The notes under the pieces were generated by a model. It was given only the letters and a program-made list of their open reading frames with translations, had not been told where the DNA came from and did no database searches. The translations under genes were made by a program, and so were the position numbers. A DNA stretch of 63,133 bases, the filler included, from Octopus bimaculoides (taxonomy: Eukaryota): the NCBI RefSeq assembly GCF_001194135.2. It is 7 parts of 6 records of this genome, joined end to end, with 100 filler letters (N's around TTAATTAATTAA, not from the genome) between each part and the next. Parts side by side here need not be neighbours in the genome. Positions count along the whole stretch, not along the records: positions 1 to 8,427 come from NC_069002.1; positions 8,528 to 28,900 come from NC_068998.1; 5 more parts are not named here. One strand, written 5' to 3'. This document shows positions 1 to 12,175 of the stretch, piece after piece. Each line of letters opens with the position of its first letter. Positions within the stretch are counted from its first letter, which is position 1.

Positions 1-84
1 ATACAGTCACATACATAAGCACGTATCTATATGTGTATAATAAACAAATGTATGTATGCTTGTGCATATAAGCTCACAAACACT

Positions 85-162
<78 letters not shown>

Positions 163-395
163 GTTATATATGCTTGGGAGTGATATAGATATGTGTAAGT
201 GTATACGTGTGGTTGTGTGCGTGTGTATGTGTGTGCATATGAGAATTGATGTTCAGCGCGTGTTTGTGTTTGTATTGTGTATTTGTATGTAAATGCCAGA
301 AAAATACAGGAATATACAGTAGAAAATGTATAATTTATATACATCGATGTAAATTAGATATTATGAAGATTAATGTAAAAGAAATTACTTTCTGT

Positions 396-434
<39 letters not shown>

Positions 435-632
435 TATATGTATGTATATATATATATATATANNNNNNNNNNNNNNNNNNNNNNNNNNNNNNNNNNNNNN
501 NNNNNNNNNNNNNNNNNNNNNNNNNNNNNNNNNNNNNNNNNNNNNNNNNNNNNNNNNNNNNNNNNTATATGTATATATATATATATATATATGCATATAT
601 ATACATTTATATACACGCGCATAGATAAATTC

Positions 633-698
<66 letters not shown>

Positions 699-781
699 AT
701 ATCTATATATTATATGTATGTATGCATGTATGTATGTATATATATGTATGTAGCAACCTGTATGTCCTACAGATCTTGGCA

Positions 782-975
782 CGTGGCCAGCAGTTTGAGG
801 GGAGGGTGTATGTCGGTTACATCGACCCTAGTACTAGACTGGCACTTAATTTATCGAGCTCGAGAGGATGGAAAGCAAAGTCGACCACGGCGAAATTTGA
901 ACTCAGAACGTTTTAAAGTTGGACGAAATGCTGCTAAGTTTTTCGTGAACGATTCTGGCAGCTCGAAGCCTTAAT
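782..975 (-). mobile_element. tRNA-derived SINE, family A
   Basis: Reverse copy of the 29335-type element (gagttcaaatt..cc..ggtcgactttgc). Confidence 0.7.
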
Positions 976-1113
976 GAAACAATATTTTATGTTCAACTTG
1001 GAAAAAGAAGCGAAGTGGAAGAGGAAAGTTCTCTCACTCTTCCAAGGAATTTGTGAAAAGGTAAATGACTTGAAAACGTGATTAAGAGAAACGGTCCTAC
1101 TCTAAACATGCAC

Positions 1114-1353
1114 CTGTAGATCGGTGACCAGCAGTTGGCGGAGGACGTGCGCGTTTGGTGGGCAGGGTGATCCTAGATCAGACGGGTTTCTGGCCTTAGT
1201 TTCTAGCCTTGCATCATTCATGTGTTCACATCTTTCGTTTACTTTGCACGCTTTGAACTTCCTTCTCACTTTCTTCCTACTCATCCTTTATGACAGATGC
1301 CGCCCAGCAAATTGTAAACTGCCAATGTAATGTTCCCCTCATCTAATGCCCCT
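1114..1353 (-). CDS. Candidate exon of a minus-strand gene (ATG at 1284: MSRKKVRRKFKACK...LLVTDLQ)
   Basis: Minus-strand acceptor cctattttccag and donor CAG|GTGCAT in GC-richer unique sequence. No homology recognised. Confidence 0.3.
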
Positions 1354-2227
1354 CTGGAAAATAGGAGCAATCTCTATTATTGACGTTGTTGTTGTTGCTC
1401 TTCATCTTGTTCTCTTTCTTCCTCTTCTATTTCTTTTTCTTCCGCCTCCTCCTCTTCCTACTACTACCACTTTTTGTTGTTCTTGTTGTTGTTGCCGTTA
1501 TTATTGTTATTATTTACACATTATCTGTCCATAGAGCACGCGATGCATTAAGAAGACAACTGCTGAAAAATTAGTGTCAGAAAAGGAATAATATCTCGGC
1601 TGCTTCCTCCCATTTACCAATATTTCTATCTAGAACATGTAATCAGCCTTCACCAGTACCAGAAAGTCCCCACCACCACCACCACCACCACCACCATCAC
1701 TTTCTCAGCGAAAGAGCACAGCGTCTCCAACTAACTACTCCACCGCCATCGTCATCAGCATTACCATGATTCACCATCAGCACCAACACCACCATTATTA
1801 CGCCGTCTCCATCATCTCCTCCGCGAACACCGACAAACTCTCCAACTGCCACCACCCACCACCTTCGTCATCCATGAGAACCAACGTCACTCTCGACAGC
1901 GCCACAAACATCACCAGTGAACTCCGCCTGCAACATCACTATCGTTTCTTCAACGAGCGCCCATATCTTCATCAGCTACCACTGTCACTAACTCCATTAC
2001 CAGCTTCTCCACCAACACCCTCACCGCCATCATCGACGCCATAGCACATTCTAGATGCGTTTTTTTTTTACTTTATTTTATTGACACGTGAACTAAGCAA
2101 GCCGGAGCCAGCGTTTTTCAATCGATCGTGTAAATAAACGATCATCGAAGTCAACGTCTTCTTCACTGAGATATTGTCGTTCTCTGAGAACTGTTTATTG
2201 GGTCAGAAGATTCCGAGACAGAGCCAC

Positions 2228-2258
<31 letters not shown>

Positions 2259-3135
2259 AGGAGAGAGAGAGGGAGAGAGAGAGAGAGAGAGAGAGGAGGG
2301 GACAGAGTGAATAAGAGAGACAAACAGAGGGATAGACACAATAACAGAAAGAAACGGCAGTGAAACATTATATNNNNNNNNNNNNNNNNNNNNNNNNNNN
2401 NNNNNNNNNNNNNNNNNNNNNNNNNNNNNNNNNNNNNNNNNNNNNNNNNNNNNNNNNNNNNNNNNNNNNNNNNNNNNNNNNATATATATATATATATATA
2501 TATATACAGCTATATAAGATACATATAAACATACACATAAACTTATATACATATAGATATATATACATACACACCATATACATACATATACATACATATA
2601 TATACATATTTGTAAATATATATATATATATATATACTTATATACATATAAATATATATACACATGTGTGTATATATATATGTGTGTGTGTATTCGTATA
2701 TATAGGCACCAAATTGGAAGGCAATAAATAATAATAATAATGATAATAAAAAAATTATTACACTAGTAATGACAAAATTCTGCGTATAAATCCGAAAGAA
2801 AACATAATAAGAATCTATCAAATATATTTAATAAATATACAAAAAAAAAAATGAATAAATATTTCATTTCTTTATATATTTCGATTGTAAATTTTCTTGT
2901 ATTGTTTCTATATTTAATAAATTATATTTTTATGTATTGTATATGTATTTCTTGCTATTGTTTGCGGTTGTTGTTTTTTTTGTTGTTGTTTTATTGTTAT
3001 GGTTAATAATAATGTTATTGTTATTATTAAAATCGTCATCATCATCATCATCCTCATCATCGTTTGTAACATTGATTTCGTTATCATGATTACTGTGTTT
3101 TCTTATAATTCACCAGCATCATCACCATGGTCATC

Positions 3136-3175
<40 letters not shown>

Positions 3176-3210
3176 CCATCATTATCACCACCACCACCAC
3201 CACCACCACC

Positions 3211-3244
<34 letters not shown>

Positions 3245-3415
3245 TCGCCACCACAACCGGTACCACCACCGCTGTCGTCTTCATCATTATGGACATTGTT
3301 AAATGATCGTCATTATCCCGTCTTTCTGTTCCGAGACAATCCTTTCTTACGTTTTTCCATCATTAACAAATACAGGGCTATTATAGTGTTTGTTGTTGTT
3401 ATGTTTGATTACTGA

Positions 3416-3475
<60 letters not shown>

Positions 3476-4682
3476 CATGATGATGATGATGATGATAATC
3501 TATTTTTGCTGTTATTACTATTATTATTATTAATCATAATAGTATCACCATCATCGTCGTGGTGGTGGTCGTCATCGTCATCGTCATCATCATCATCGTC
3601 ATCGTCATCACCATCATCATCAGCAGCAGCAGCAGCATCTTCTTCAACGCTATTATTCTTATTCATATTGCAAATGTTTAGTTTTCACTTCCTTGAAAAT
3701 AAAGAAAGCGACGGAATTATCAATGTTGTTGGTCTAATATTTTTTATCATTATTATAGTTATTTTATAAAAGAAATTATTATTCTTCTGTTATTATTTTC
3801 ATTATTATTATTATTATTATTTTCTTGTTTCTCCTGTTGTCATTCTTGTTATATTCTTACATTTTTTTTATTCTTACTGTTATTATTTTCTTTTGGTTTT
3901 GTTTTTTTTGTCTTGTCTGAAAAATGATGGGAGGCTTGTACGCCGTTCTGACTCTCACGTCGTCCACGTGATCTATCACACCTCAATTATAACAAAAAGT
4001 GATAAAAAGAAAAGGCAAAATAATTATAAATGGAAATAACCAGGCGGCGGCCATTGAAATGTTGCTTGTATTTCGTTTTTCGTATTTCGAATAGAATTCA
4101 CATGCTTACCGAAGCACCAGTCCATCACAGGCAGAACAGAACAGAATAGAGCAGAACAGAGCATGCGCTGTAATTATTCTCTGTCGAGTCTCCCCCAGTT
4201 TTTGTCCAAAGACACGACATTAATGGATGGCTGTGGAAGTCTATGTGTAAACAGTGAAACATAAAACCAATATTAGCTCATACAGACACAGGGGAGGAAC
4301 CGGGGTCAGCGTTTAAGATATTTGTACCACGATCCTCTCCACATTATCTCGAGTTCCCAAGAGAGATCTGTGCAGAAATTATTGCAGTACGATATTTGGA
4401 TTTGAATTTCGGATATCAAAATTCTTTAAATCGAGCGTGCCCTGGCAAACTTGATCACCCAATGGAATACATTCGTATAATAGGGATATTATAGAGCTCT
4501 GGTTAAGGCCCAGAGGACGAACTCAGATGACATGTTTTCAAATGAACTTTGTAATGATGATAAATAGAGATGACCAGAATAAAGTCTTGGACACGCCTTC
4601 TTTAATTAGAGTGCAAATCGTAGCACAGTATGTGTATACGTATGTTCATATGCATGTATGTTAGTATGAATGTATAGAAGCA

Positions 4683-4781
<99 letters not shown>

Positions 4782-5108
4782 ACATACACACATATATATA
4801 AAATTACGTACAAATATGTACACACTCGCACATACACACACATACATATGGAGAGAAACAGAGATTAGATATACGTATACATATATATATATATATATTT
4901 CACACATGCATATATATGTATATATAATTATACATCGACATACGTGTGCTTGTATGTATATAATTACATACATACATGTATATATATAAATATATATACA
5001 CACAGAAACACACACATATATCTGTATATATGTAGGTATATATGTATGTATCTATAACGCTTATATTTCTATTGTACAATTATATGTATATATACATTTA
5101 TACATACG

Positions 5109-5209
<101 letters not shown>

Positions 5210-5583
5210 TTATATATATACAAGTGTAAATGAGTGTGGTGGGTGTATGTTTGTGTGCGCGTATGTGAGACGGGTCAGATGTACACATGTTTGTATCATG
5301 GTGTAAGTATGTCTGTGTCAATGTATGCTTGTGTGTTGTGCGTGGTGTGATGCCTATACACTGTATATGCACATGTCTTTGCGCATTTGCATCTATATGT
5401 CTTCCCGTATAAGCGTGTCAGTAGTGGCGATTCCCTCCCAAATTAACATCTTCCCTTCTTAAACCAGGCGGAATCACCAATTCCTGTCTAGTTTTACATG
5501 TCAGAGCGTATGGTGAGATGTAGAGGCATGTTAAGTATGAGTAAATTTTGGTATTGGTTGTGAGCTTGTATGTCACTTAATAC

Positions 5584-5618
<35 letters not shown>

Positions 5619-5677
5619 TACGTATACATATACATATATATGTGTGTGCGTGTGTGTGTGTGTGTTCTGACTGTTCA

Positions 5678-5764
<87 letters not shown>

Positions 5765-6394
5765 ATGTATGTATATATGTATGTATGTATATACGCATAT
5801 ATATGTGTTTATATATATATCTATATATATATATGCATATACACACACAAATACACACACACACACATATATATACTTATACTAATATATTCATACGTTC
5901 ATACATACATACATACATATATACATGCATGCACGCAAGCACACGTACATGCCTTCGTTATCCATGAATGTGTCTGTAAAGAATGCCAGATAGATTACAA
6001 AGTAAGTTCTAAAGAGGAGCGGGTAGAGCAGGAGGAAGCGTTGCAGTTGTACATAAATTATCGTCTGTGATGCAGTCAACAGATTCTCTCAGAGAGAAAC
6101 TGGATTCAACAATTGCAGAGCAGAAGCTTCTATCATTATCAAGGGAAAGGTGAATGAGCGCATAATTGTAGTGCTTTCTTATTTTGGTACAAGGTTAGCC
6201 ATTTCGAGTACAAGGCCAAAGTCGACTATGTCGTACTCCATACTAGAAAGGTACTTTATTTTATTGATGCCTAAATGATGAAAGATGAAGCTGACATCGT
6301 CGGAATTTGCGTGAAAACCGTAAAGAACCGGATGATATAACGCTTGGTATTTTGTCCGATGCGTTGAACGTTCTGCTGGTTTATTGCCTTAATA

Positions 6395-6458
<64 letters not shown>

Positions 6459-7012
6459 TTTCATTTGCCACGAAGGCGAAAGATGAGGGGGGACAATACA
6501 AAGACAGACAAAGTGTGGGGGTTTACATATAATAATGAAATGATAAAAAAAAAGTATAGACGGTATAGGCTGGGAAGCAGGAGACATATGCATAGCATAC
6601 AGAGGTACAAAGAATAAGAAAAAAGTGAGGAAGGTTTGAAGGAGCAGGCAAAGAATGAAATTACTTGAGAAAGCACCAGTATTTCGCTATACAGAAGGTA
6701 GAAGAAATAAAACATGAAGTTCTGAAGCAAATTGCAAGTAGAGAGTATTCACGGAGAGTGTGGAAAATCTTACAGATAAGATTGAATTTGAATGAAGACC
6801 AATGATCAGGCATGGAGTTGGTATTGTGGGTTGGGTAAGAGACAAAATACAGAAACTTAACTGTAAAACTAGGAAACTGTTGACTCCGCACGGAGCCCAC
6901 CAACGGGTGGAAGAGGCTTGATTAGGGTGGAATTGTATGTGCAAATGGAATGTACGGAAAGGTTTCTGTGAGCTCGACGCTCTAACCACTGAGCCATACG
7001 TCTTCCATACAA

Positions 7013-7103
<91 letters not shown>

Positions 7104-7251
7104 TAATGNNNNNNNNNNNNNNNNNNNNNNNNNNNNNNNNNNNNNNNNNNNNNNNNNNNNNNNNNNNNNNNNNNNNNNNNNNNNNNNNNNNNNNNNNNNN
7201 NNNNNNNNNNNNNNNNNNNNNNNNNNNNNNNNNNNNNNNNNNNNNNNNNNN

Positions 7252-7292
<41 letters not shown>

Positions 7293-7499
7293 TAATGAAT
7301 AACATACGATGGATATTTGCCAGCTGACAATTATCTATCGTCTGTTATTATTCATTTGATTATAATACACAAAGGGGATTTACGATTTGTATGCCAACAA
7401 CGTACAATCAATGTAACGCGTTATTTGAACCAACCCCTTAGGTGCTAAATACTCAAAGGATTGGTTTTCTCTGTGTACACAACCGAAATATCCTATTTG

Positions 7500-7662
7500 A
7501 TACTTACCGACCATAGGCCGGAACCACACGTGTATCAATCCTACCTGATGCAAATACCGGATTCTCTCTGAATTCTTCTTTTCCTTCTTCTTCTTATTGA
7601 ATATGTATACACAAAATATTGGGGTTTAGTTCACAGGTGACCTAAACGATTAGGTACGCTAG
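7500..7662 (+). promoter_or_regulatory. Possible promoter or non-coding exon
   Basis: CCGGAA (7518) and CACGTG (7527) motifs, local CpGs and donor TAG|GTAAGT after 7662. It is separated from exon A by an artificial linker. Confidence 0.2.
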
Positions 7663-7760
7663 GTAAGTACTGTAACGAATTACTGGGGCTCCAAGGTTAT
7701 ATCCGAGACGGTAGTTATGGAGCCATTGCAGATTTCCGATAAAGCGGATATATAATTTTC

Positions 7761-7918
7761 AAACAGGACAACAAACGTTAAGGCAAGACAAACATCTCAA
7801 GCCATATATGTTATTATTTTTTTTTTCAATACAAATTATTTTTCCAATTTTTTTCTCAATAATAATAATGTATATACTTTGAGATGTTTGCCTTGTCTTA
7901 AAGTTTATTGTCTTCTTT
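7761..7918. repeat. Imperfect palindrome with ~58-bp arms and a 40-nt loop
   Basis: aaacaggacaacaaacgttaaggcaagacaaacatctcaag..atatatgttattatt versus aataataatgtatatactttgagatgtttgccttgtcttaaagtttattgtcttcttt. Confidence 0.8.
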
Positions 7919-8883
7919 AACAATAATATATAACAGTAAAATAATTTGATTAACAGATAATTTGGTTCACTTACTGTGTTTCGGTTTCAATATTCTAAAG
8001 TATGAGAGTATATCTATAGATTTTAGTTGTCTAAACGTTTTTGCATGTACCCTGTAATGGAACAAGGTATATATGGTTGATCATACTTCGGATATTTAGC
8101 TTTTCCGTTTGTTTTGCTTATTTTGTTTTCTTATCGACGCTCAGTTAAGTTCGATGCATCCAAGTTATTTTAGATGAGGAAACATGTGTGTCATACGTGT
8201 TGATGCCGAGGTAGAAATGTGCAACTGATCACGTACTTGATAACAATAAAAGGTAGAAAATTTACATCGATACAATCGTCACTACACGAAGTTTCATCAT
8301 TTTCCATCTTGTACATGTATATATGTGTAATAATATCGTTGGCTGCGTATGAATGAGTGCGCGAGAATAAATGTAAATGATTATGTATATACGAATATAT
8401 ATTTATTCATATATATATATATATATANNNNNNNNNNNNNNNNNNNNNNNNNNNNNNNNNNNNNNNNNNNNTTAATTAATTAANNNNNNNNNNNNNNNNN
8501 NNNNNNNNNNNNNNNNNNNNNNNNNNNTATATATATATATATATATATATCTGAAAGGGAAAATACAAAATTATGTTTTGTATTTACATAACAAATGTTT
8601 CATATCAAAATTTTACTGTAAAAATATTAGTGTATGTTTTCACAAGGAAAGTTTTTTTTTTTACACAGAGGAAAGGAGACAGAGTCACATATTACTGGAA
8701 AGTTTTTTGTGTATAAAATGTTTGCATATAAAAGAAATTTTACTGAATAAATTTTAGTGCATATTTTAGTGCCAAAAGAGTTTTTGCAGTAGAAAAAAAT
8801 TCACATTCTACTGATTGGGTTTCACTGTTCTTCAGCTTACTAATTTTTAAATTATGTTTCTGAATGCATTTTTAGATCATGTA

Positions 8884-8983
<100 letters not shown>

Positions 8984-9045
8984 CTCTTTCTTTCTAAACA
9001 TATGTAGATATACACACACACATACATACATACATGCATACATAC

Positions 9046-9450
9046 AAACTCAAAGAATACTGGTGGAATATTCCCATCAAAACTTCTGTCAAATGTAAAC
9101 ATAACAGGCCAGATATTGTTGTTTGGGGTAGAAGGGCAAAGGTACGTACCATCATAGAGGTCAGCTGCCCTGCAGATATAAGATATAAATATCTCTTTGA
9201 AAATCAAAGAAAAAGAGGATATCTATGGACAACTGCTTTGAAACCTCCAGCTTCTGTATCCAGACTATGAATTCATATTCATACCAATAATAATTGGAGG
9301 ACTAGGTTTTGTTTGTAAATACTTAAAGGAGAATCTGGGTAAACTGCGATTTTCAGAAAGAGAAATCGACCAGCTGATTCGTACATTAAAAGTGCAATCT
9401 GTGAGTGGAACAATAAAAATATGCAAGATTTTTCTCAAGTTCCAAATGGG
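9046..9450 (+). mobile_element. Non-LTR retrotransposon fragment, restriction-like endonuclease (RLE) C-terminus (R4/NeSL type), frameshifted
   Basis: WWNIPIKTSVKCKHNRPDIVVW...IIEVSCPAD, then YPDYEFIFIPIIIGGLGFV...VSGTIKICKIFLKF: PD-(D/E)xK RLE architecture. Confidence 0.8.
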
Positions 9451-9634
9451 AATTTGTCTGTGTTGACTCCATCCCAAAGATGGAGCCTTGTGTCTTTGTT
9501 GGAAACCGGNNNNNNNNNNNNNNNNNNNNNNNNNNNNNNNNNNNNNNNNTATATATATAGAAAGAGAGAGAGAGAGGGTAGGTAGAAAGCTAGTGGTTAC
9601 ATTGTCTAAATTTATATATACTTTATTTTCGAAG

Positions 9635-9735
9635 GATGTGATACGAGGAGTAATGACATGGAGAAAAATGCCATCACCAACTTTATCTGCCCTAATTTCC
9701 AATCCCACTCTTAGAGAATTCCTGCAACCAAAACG
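9635..9735 (+). CDS. Unknown spliced gene, exon A (DVIRGVMTWRKMPSPTLSALISNPTLREFLQPKR)
   Basis: Acceptor ctttattttcgaag and strong donor CG|GTAAGT. The exon is 101 nt with an open frame and ends in phase 2, matching the next exon. It may contain the start codon (MTWRK or MPSP). Confidence 0.65.
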
Positions 9736-10123
9736 GTAAGTTACCTACCTTGCTACTTTTATCTGCCTGTCTGATTTTCTCTCTCCCTCTCCCTTTCCCT
9801 CTCCCTCTCCCATCTCTCTTCTTCTCCCTCTCTCTCATTCTGCCCTTTCTTTTTCCCTCTCTCTCTCTCCTTCTCCCTTCTCTCTCCTTTCCTTCTCTCC
9901 ATCTGCCTCTTCTCCCCCTCTTTCACTCTCCTCCTCTCTTCCCCTTTCCCTTTTCCTTCCCCTCTCCTATATACCCCTCTACCCCTTCCGATCTCCCATC
10001 TTCTCCACTCCCATCTCCCCTCCTTCCCATCTACCTTTCCCTCTTCCCACCCTTCCTGTTCCCAAACCTCCTCTTTCTACCATTCCCTCCCTCTCCCTCT
10101 CTCACTCCATATGGTTTCAACAG

Positions 10124-10266
10124 ATGACACAGGTTAAAGTATCATTATCAGCCACAGGTCTTCCAAGAGATACAGAAAAATATGAAGAGTTGTTTACCTG
10201 GGTGTTGTTTACTAAGAAAACATACTCTGTGAGATGGATAAGCTATGCAAAGACAAAAGGAGTACG
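10124..10266 (+). CDS. Possible alternative exon B (MTQVKVSLSATGLPRDTEKYEELFTWVLFTKKTYSVRWISYAKTKGVR)
   Basis: Follows a ~350-nt pyrimidine tract; CAG|ATG, 47 open codons, phase-2 end at a weak donor CG|GTGAAA. It joins in frame to exon C, but joining A to B gives an immediate stop. Confidence 0.25.
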
Positions 10267-10670
10267 GTGAAAGTCATTATGCAATATATAAATGGGCAAA
10301 TTACAAGTACAAATATTTGCTTGGAAATAAATAAAAATGTATTAAAAAAAAACACGATGATTAAAACATACTAAAACACAAATATATAATTTTCTCCTTA
10401 CTCTCTCTTTGATTAGATCCTGTGGCAAAGTAATACTGTTTGGTCTTACAAAATTCCCCCAACAACTTGTTTTGCTTGTAACTGTGTTCAGTCTAAATCT
10501 CTAATCTGTTTGTCTTAAAACTGAAGCAAGATTAACTTTAATACAGCTACTATTTCAGCACTCCAAAGTGCCTGACTCAATGCAAATGTTGCCAATGTTG
10601 TTGTCACTATTGCTGTCTTCAAAACAACTTGTTAGACTGTTTGGAATATTTTTATCGATTTATTGTACTC

Positions 10671-11055
10671 AGGCATGGTTGTGTGGTTAAGAAGCTTTCT
10701 TTGCAACCATGTAGTTTTGGGTCCAGTCCTACTCTATGGCACATTGCACATGTGTGTCCTACTATATCCCCTGGCTGACCAATGCCTTGTGAGTGAATTT
10801 GGTAAATGGCAACTGTGTGGAAACCCACCATGTATATGTGTATGTGTGTGTCTGTGTTTGTCCACACCCCCACTACTTGACAACCTGTGTTTGTTTATGC
10901 CATTATAACTTAGCAATTTGGCAATAGAAACTGACAGAATATGTACTAAACTTAAAAAGAAAAACATACATACTGGAGCAATTTGTTTTACTAGAACCCT
11001 TCAAGGTGGCGCTCCAGTATTACTGAAGTCCAATGGCTGAAACAAATAAAAGACT
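10671..11055 (+). mobile_element. tRNA-derived SINE, family B (internal (TG)n)
   Basis: ggttgtgtggttaagaagc..gggtccagtcctact head; ends gctccagtat..gaaacaaataaaaga. Confidence 0.75.
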
Positions 11056-11599
11056 AAAGTAAAGATGAAGAATCAATTATTCATTTAAATGTTAATTGTT
11101 TTCTTCTTTTTCTTCTTTCAGTTGTTTATTATATTTATTTATTTTTTGGGTATGCGCTGTTCTTCATTCTTCATTTGTTGTTGCAATGTTTTTTGCCAAG
11201 CAATGTATTTGTATTTGCTGTCCATTTTTGAAAGTGAAAATGTCAGGTTTTATAAATAAACGAGAAAAAGTTTGTAAAAGTAACCTTCTCTTTTCACTTT
11301 TTCGTCTGGCCCCTGGGTATCAAGGGCAGGTTTCCTCAGGTAATTATAACCCCTTTCAGCCAGTATTCCAATGAAAATTTCATTTGGTAATGCTATAAAT
11401 ATGGTCTAGCTTTGGCACAAAAGAAACACATGTGTGTTCGCTTTGAGAGCCAGCAGTGGTGATGATGATGATGGTGATGATGATGATGATGATGGTGTTG
11501 ATGATGACGACAGTTGGCATCATCATCATTATCATCATCATCATCATCATGAAAAGCTGAAAGAACATCATTAAAATGGCAATTTCTTTTTCTCTCCAG

Positions 11600-11671
11600 T
11601 TCTGAACATTTACCAGTCAAGCCTCCACCATTGTTGAAGGAGATGCCAGAGGAATTGAAAGAATTAGCAGC
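11600..11671 (+). CDS. Unknown spliced gene, exon C (SEHLPVKPPPLLKEMPEELKELAA)
   Basis: Strong acceptor tttctttttctctccag and donor GC|GTGAGT. The exon is 72 nt, phase 2-2, with a protein-like translation. Confidence 0.75.
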
Positions 11672-12104
11672 GTGAGTCTTTTAGTATTTATATTTGAGTA
11701 AAAAAAAAAAACGAAGAAAAAATAAGCAATAAAAACCAAAAAAAAAAAAATAACATCCAACCACAAATTGTTCACTAAAGAAACCATTTGGGGTGTGTGT
11801 GTGTGTGTGTGTCTTTGTATGGGTGTAGTAATGTATGTGTATTAGATGAAGTTTTGTCATTGGAATGCTGTTGTTGTTGTTTTTTTGCTTAGCCCCAGGT
11901 CATGCTCTCATCAAAAGCATTCTGGCTGTGACAGTCTTATCTTTTATTCTGTCATAGTGTACCTTGGATTACATTATCCAGCCAAATTACTTCAAACCAC
12001 ATTGTACCAGCATTGCCATCTTTAAATAAACCTCAAATTACACCCTGCTGTCATTATATCCAGGGCTCTAATAATTCTACTACTCTACTGTTCTAAAAAT
12101 GTAT

Positions 12105-12175
12105 CCCTGTAGTTAAAGGGCCATTAGGAACTATCCCTAAAGATTTGAACAGGTGGATAGAGGAGATAGGCATAA
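12105..12175 (+). mobile_element. R4/Dong-like LINE C-terminal fragment running into a gap
   Basis: IPVVKGPLGTIPKDLNRWIEEIGI resembles the R4-clade motif VPVVIGALG.IPK.L..W. Confidence 0.55.
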
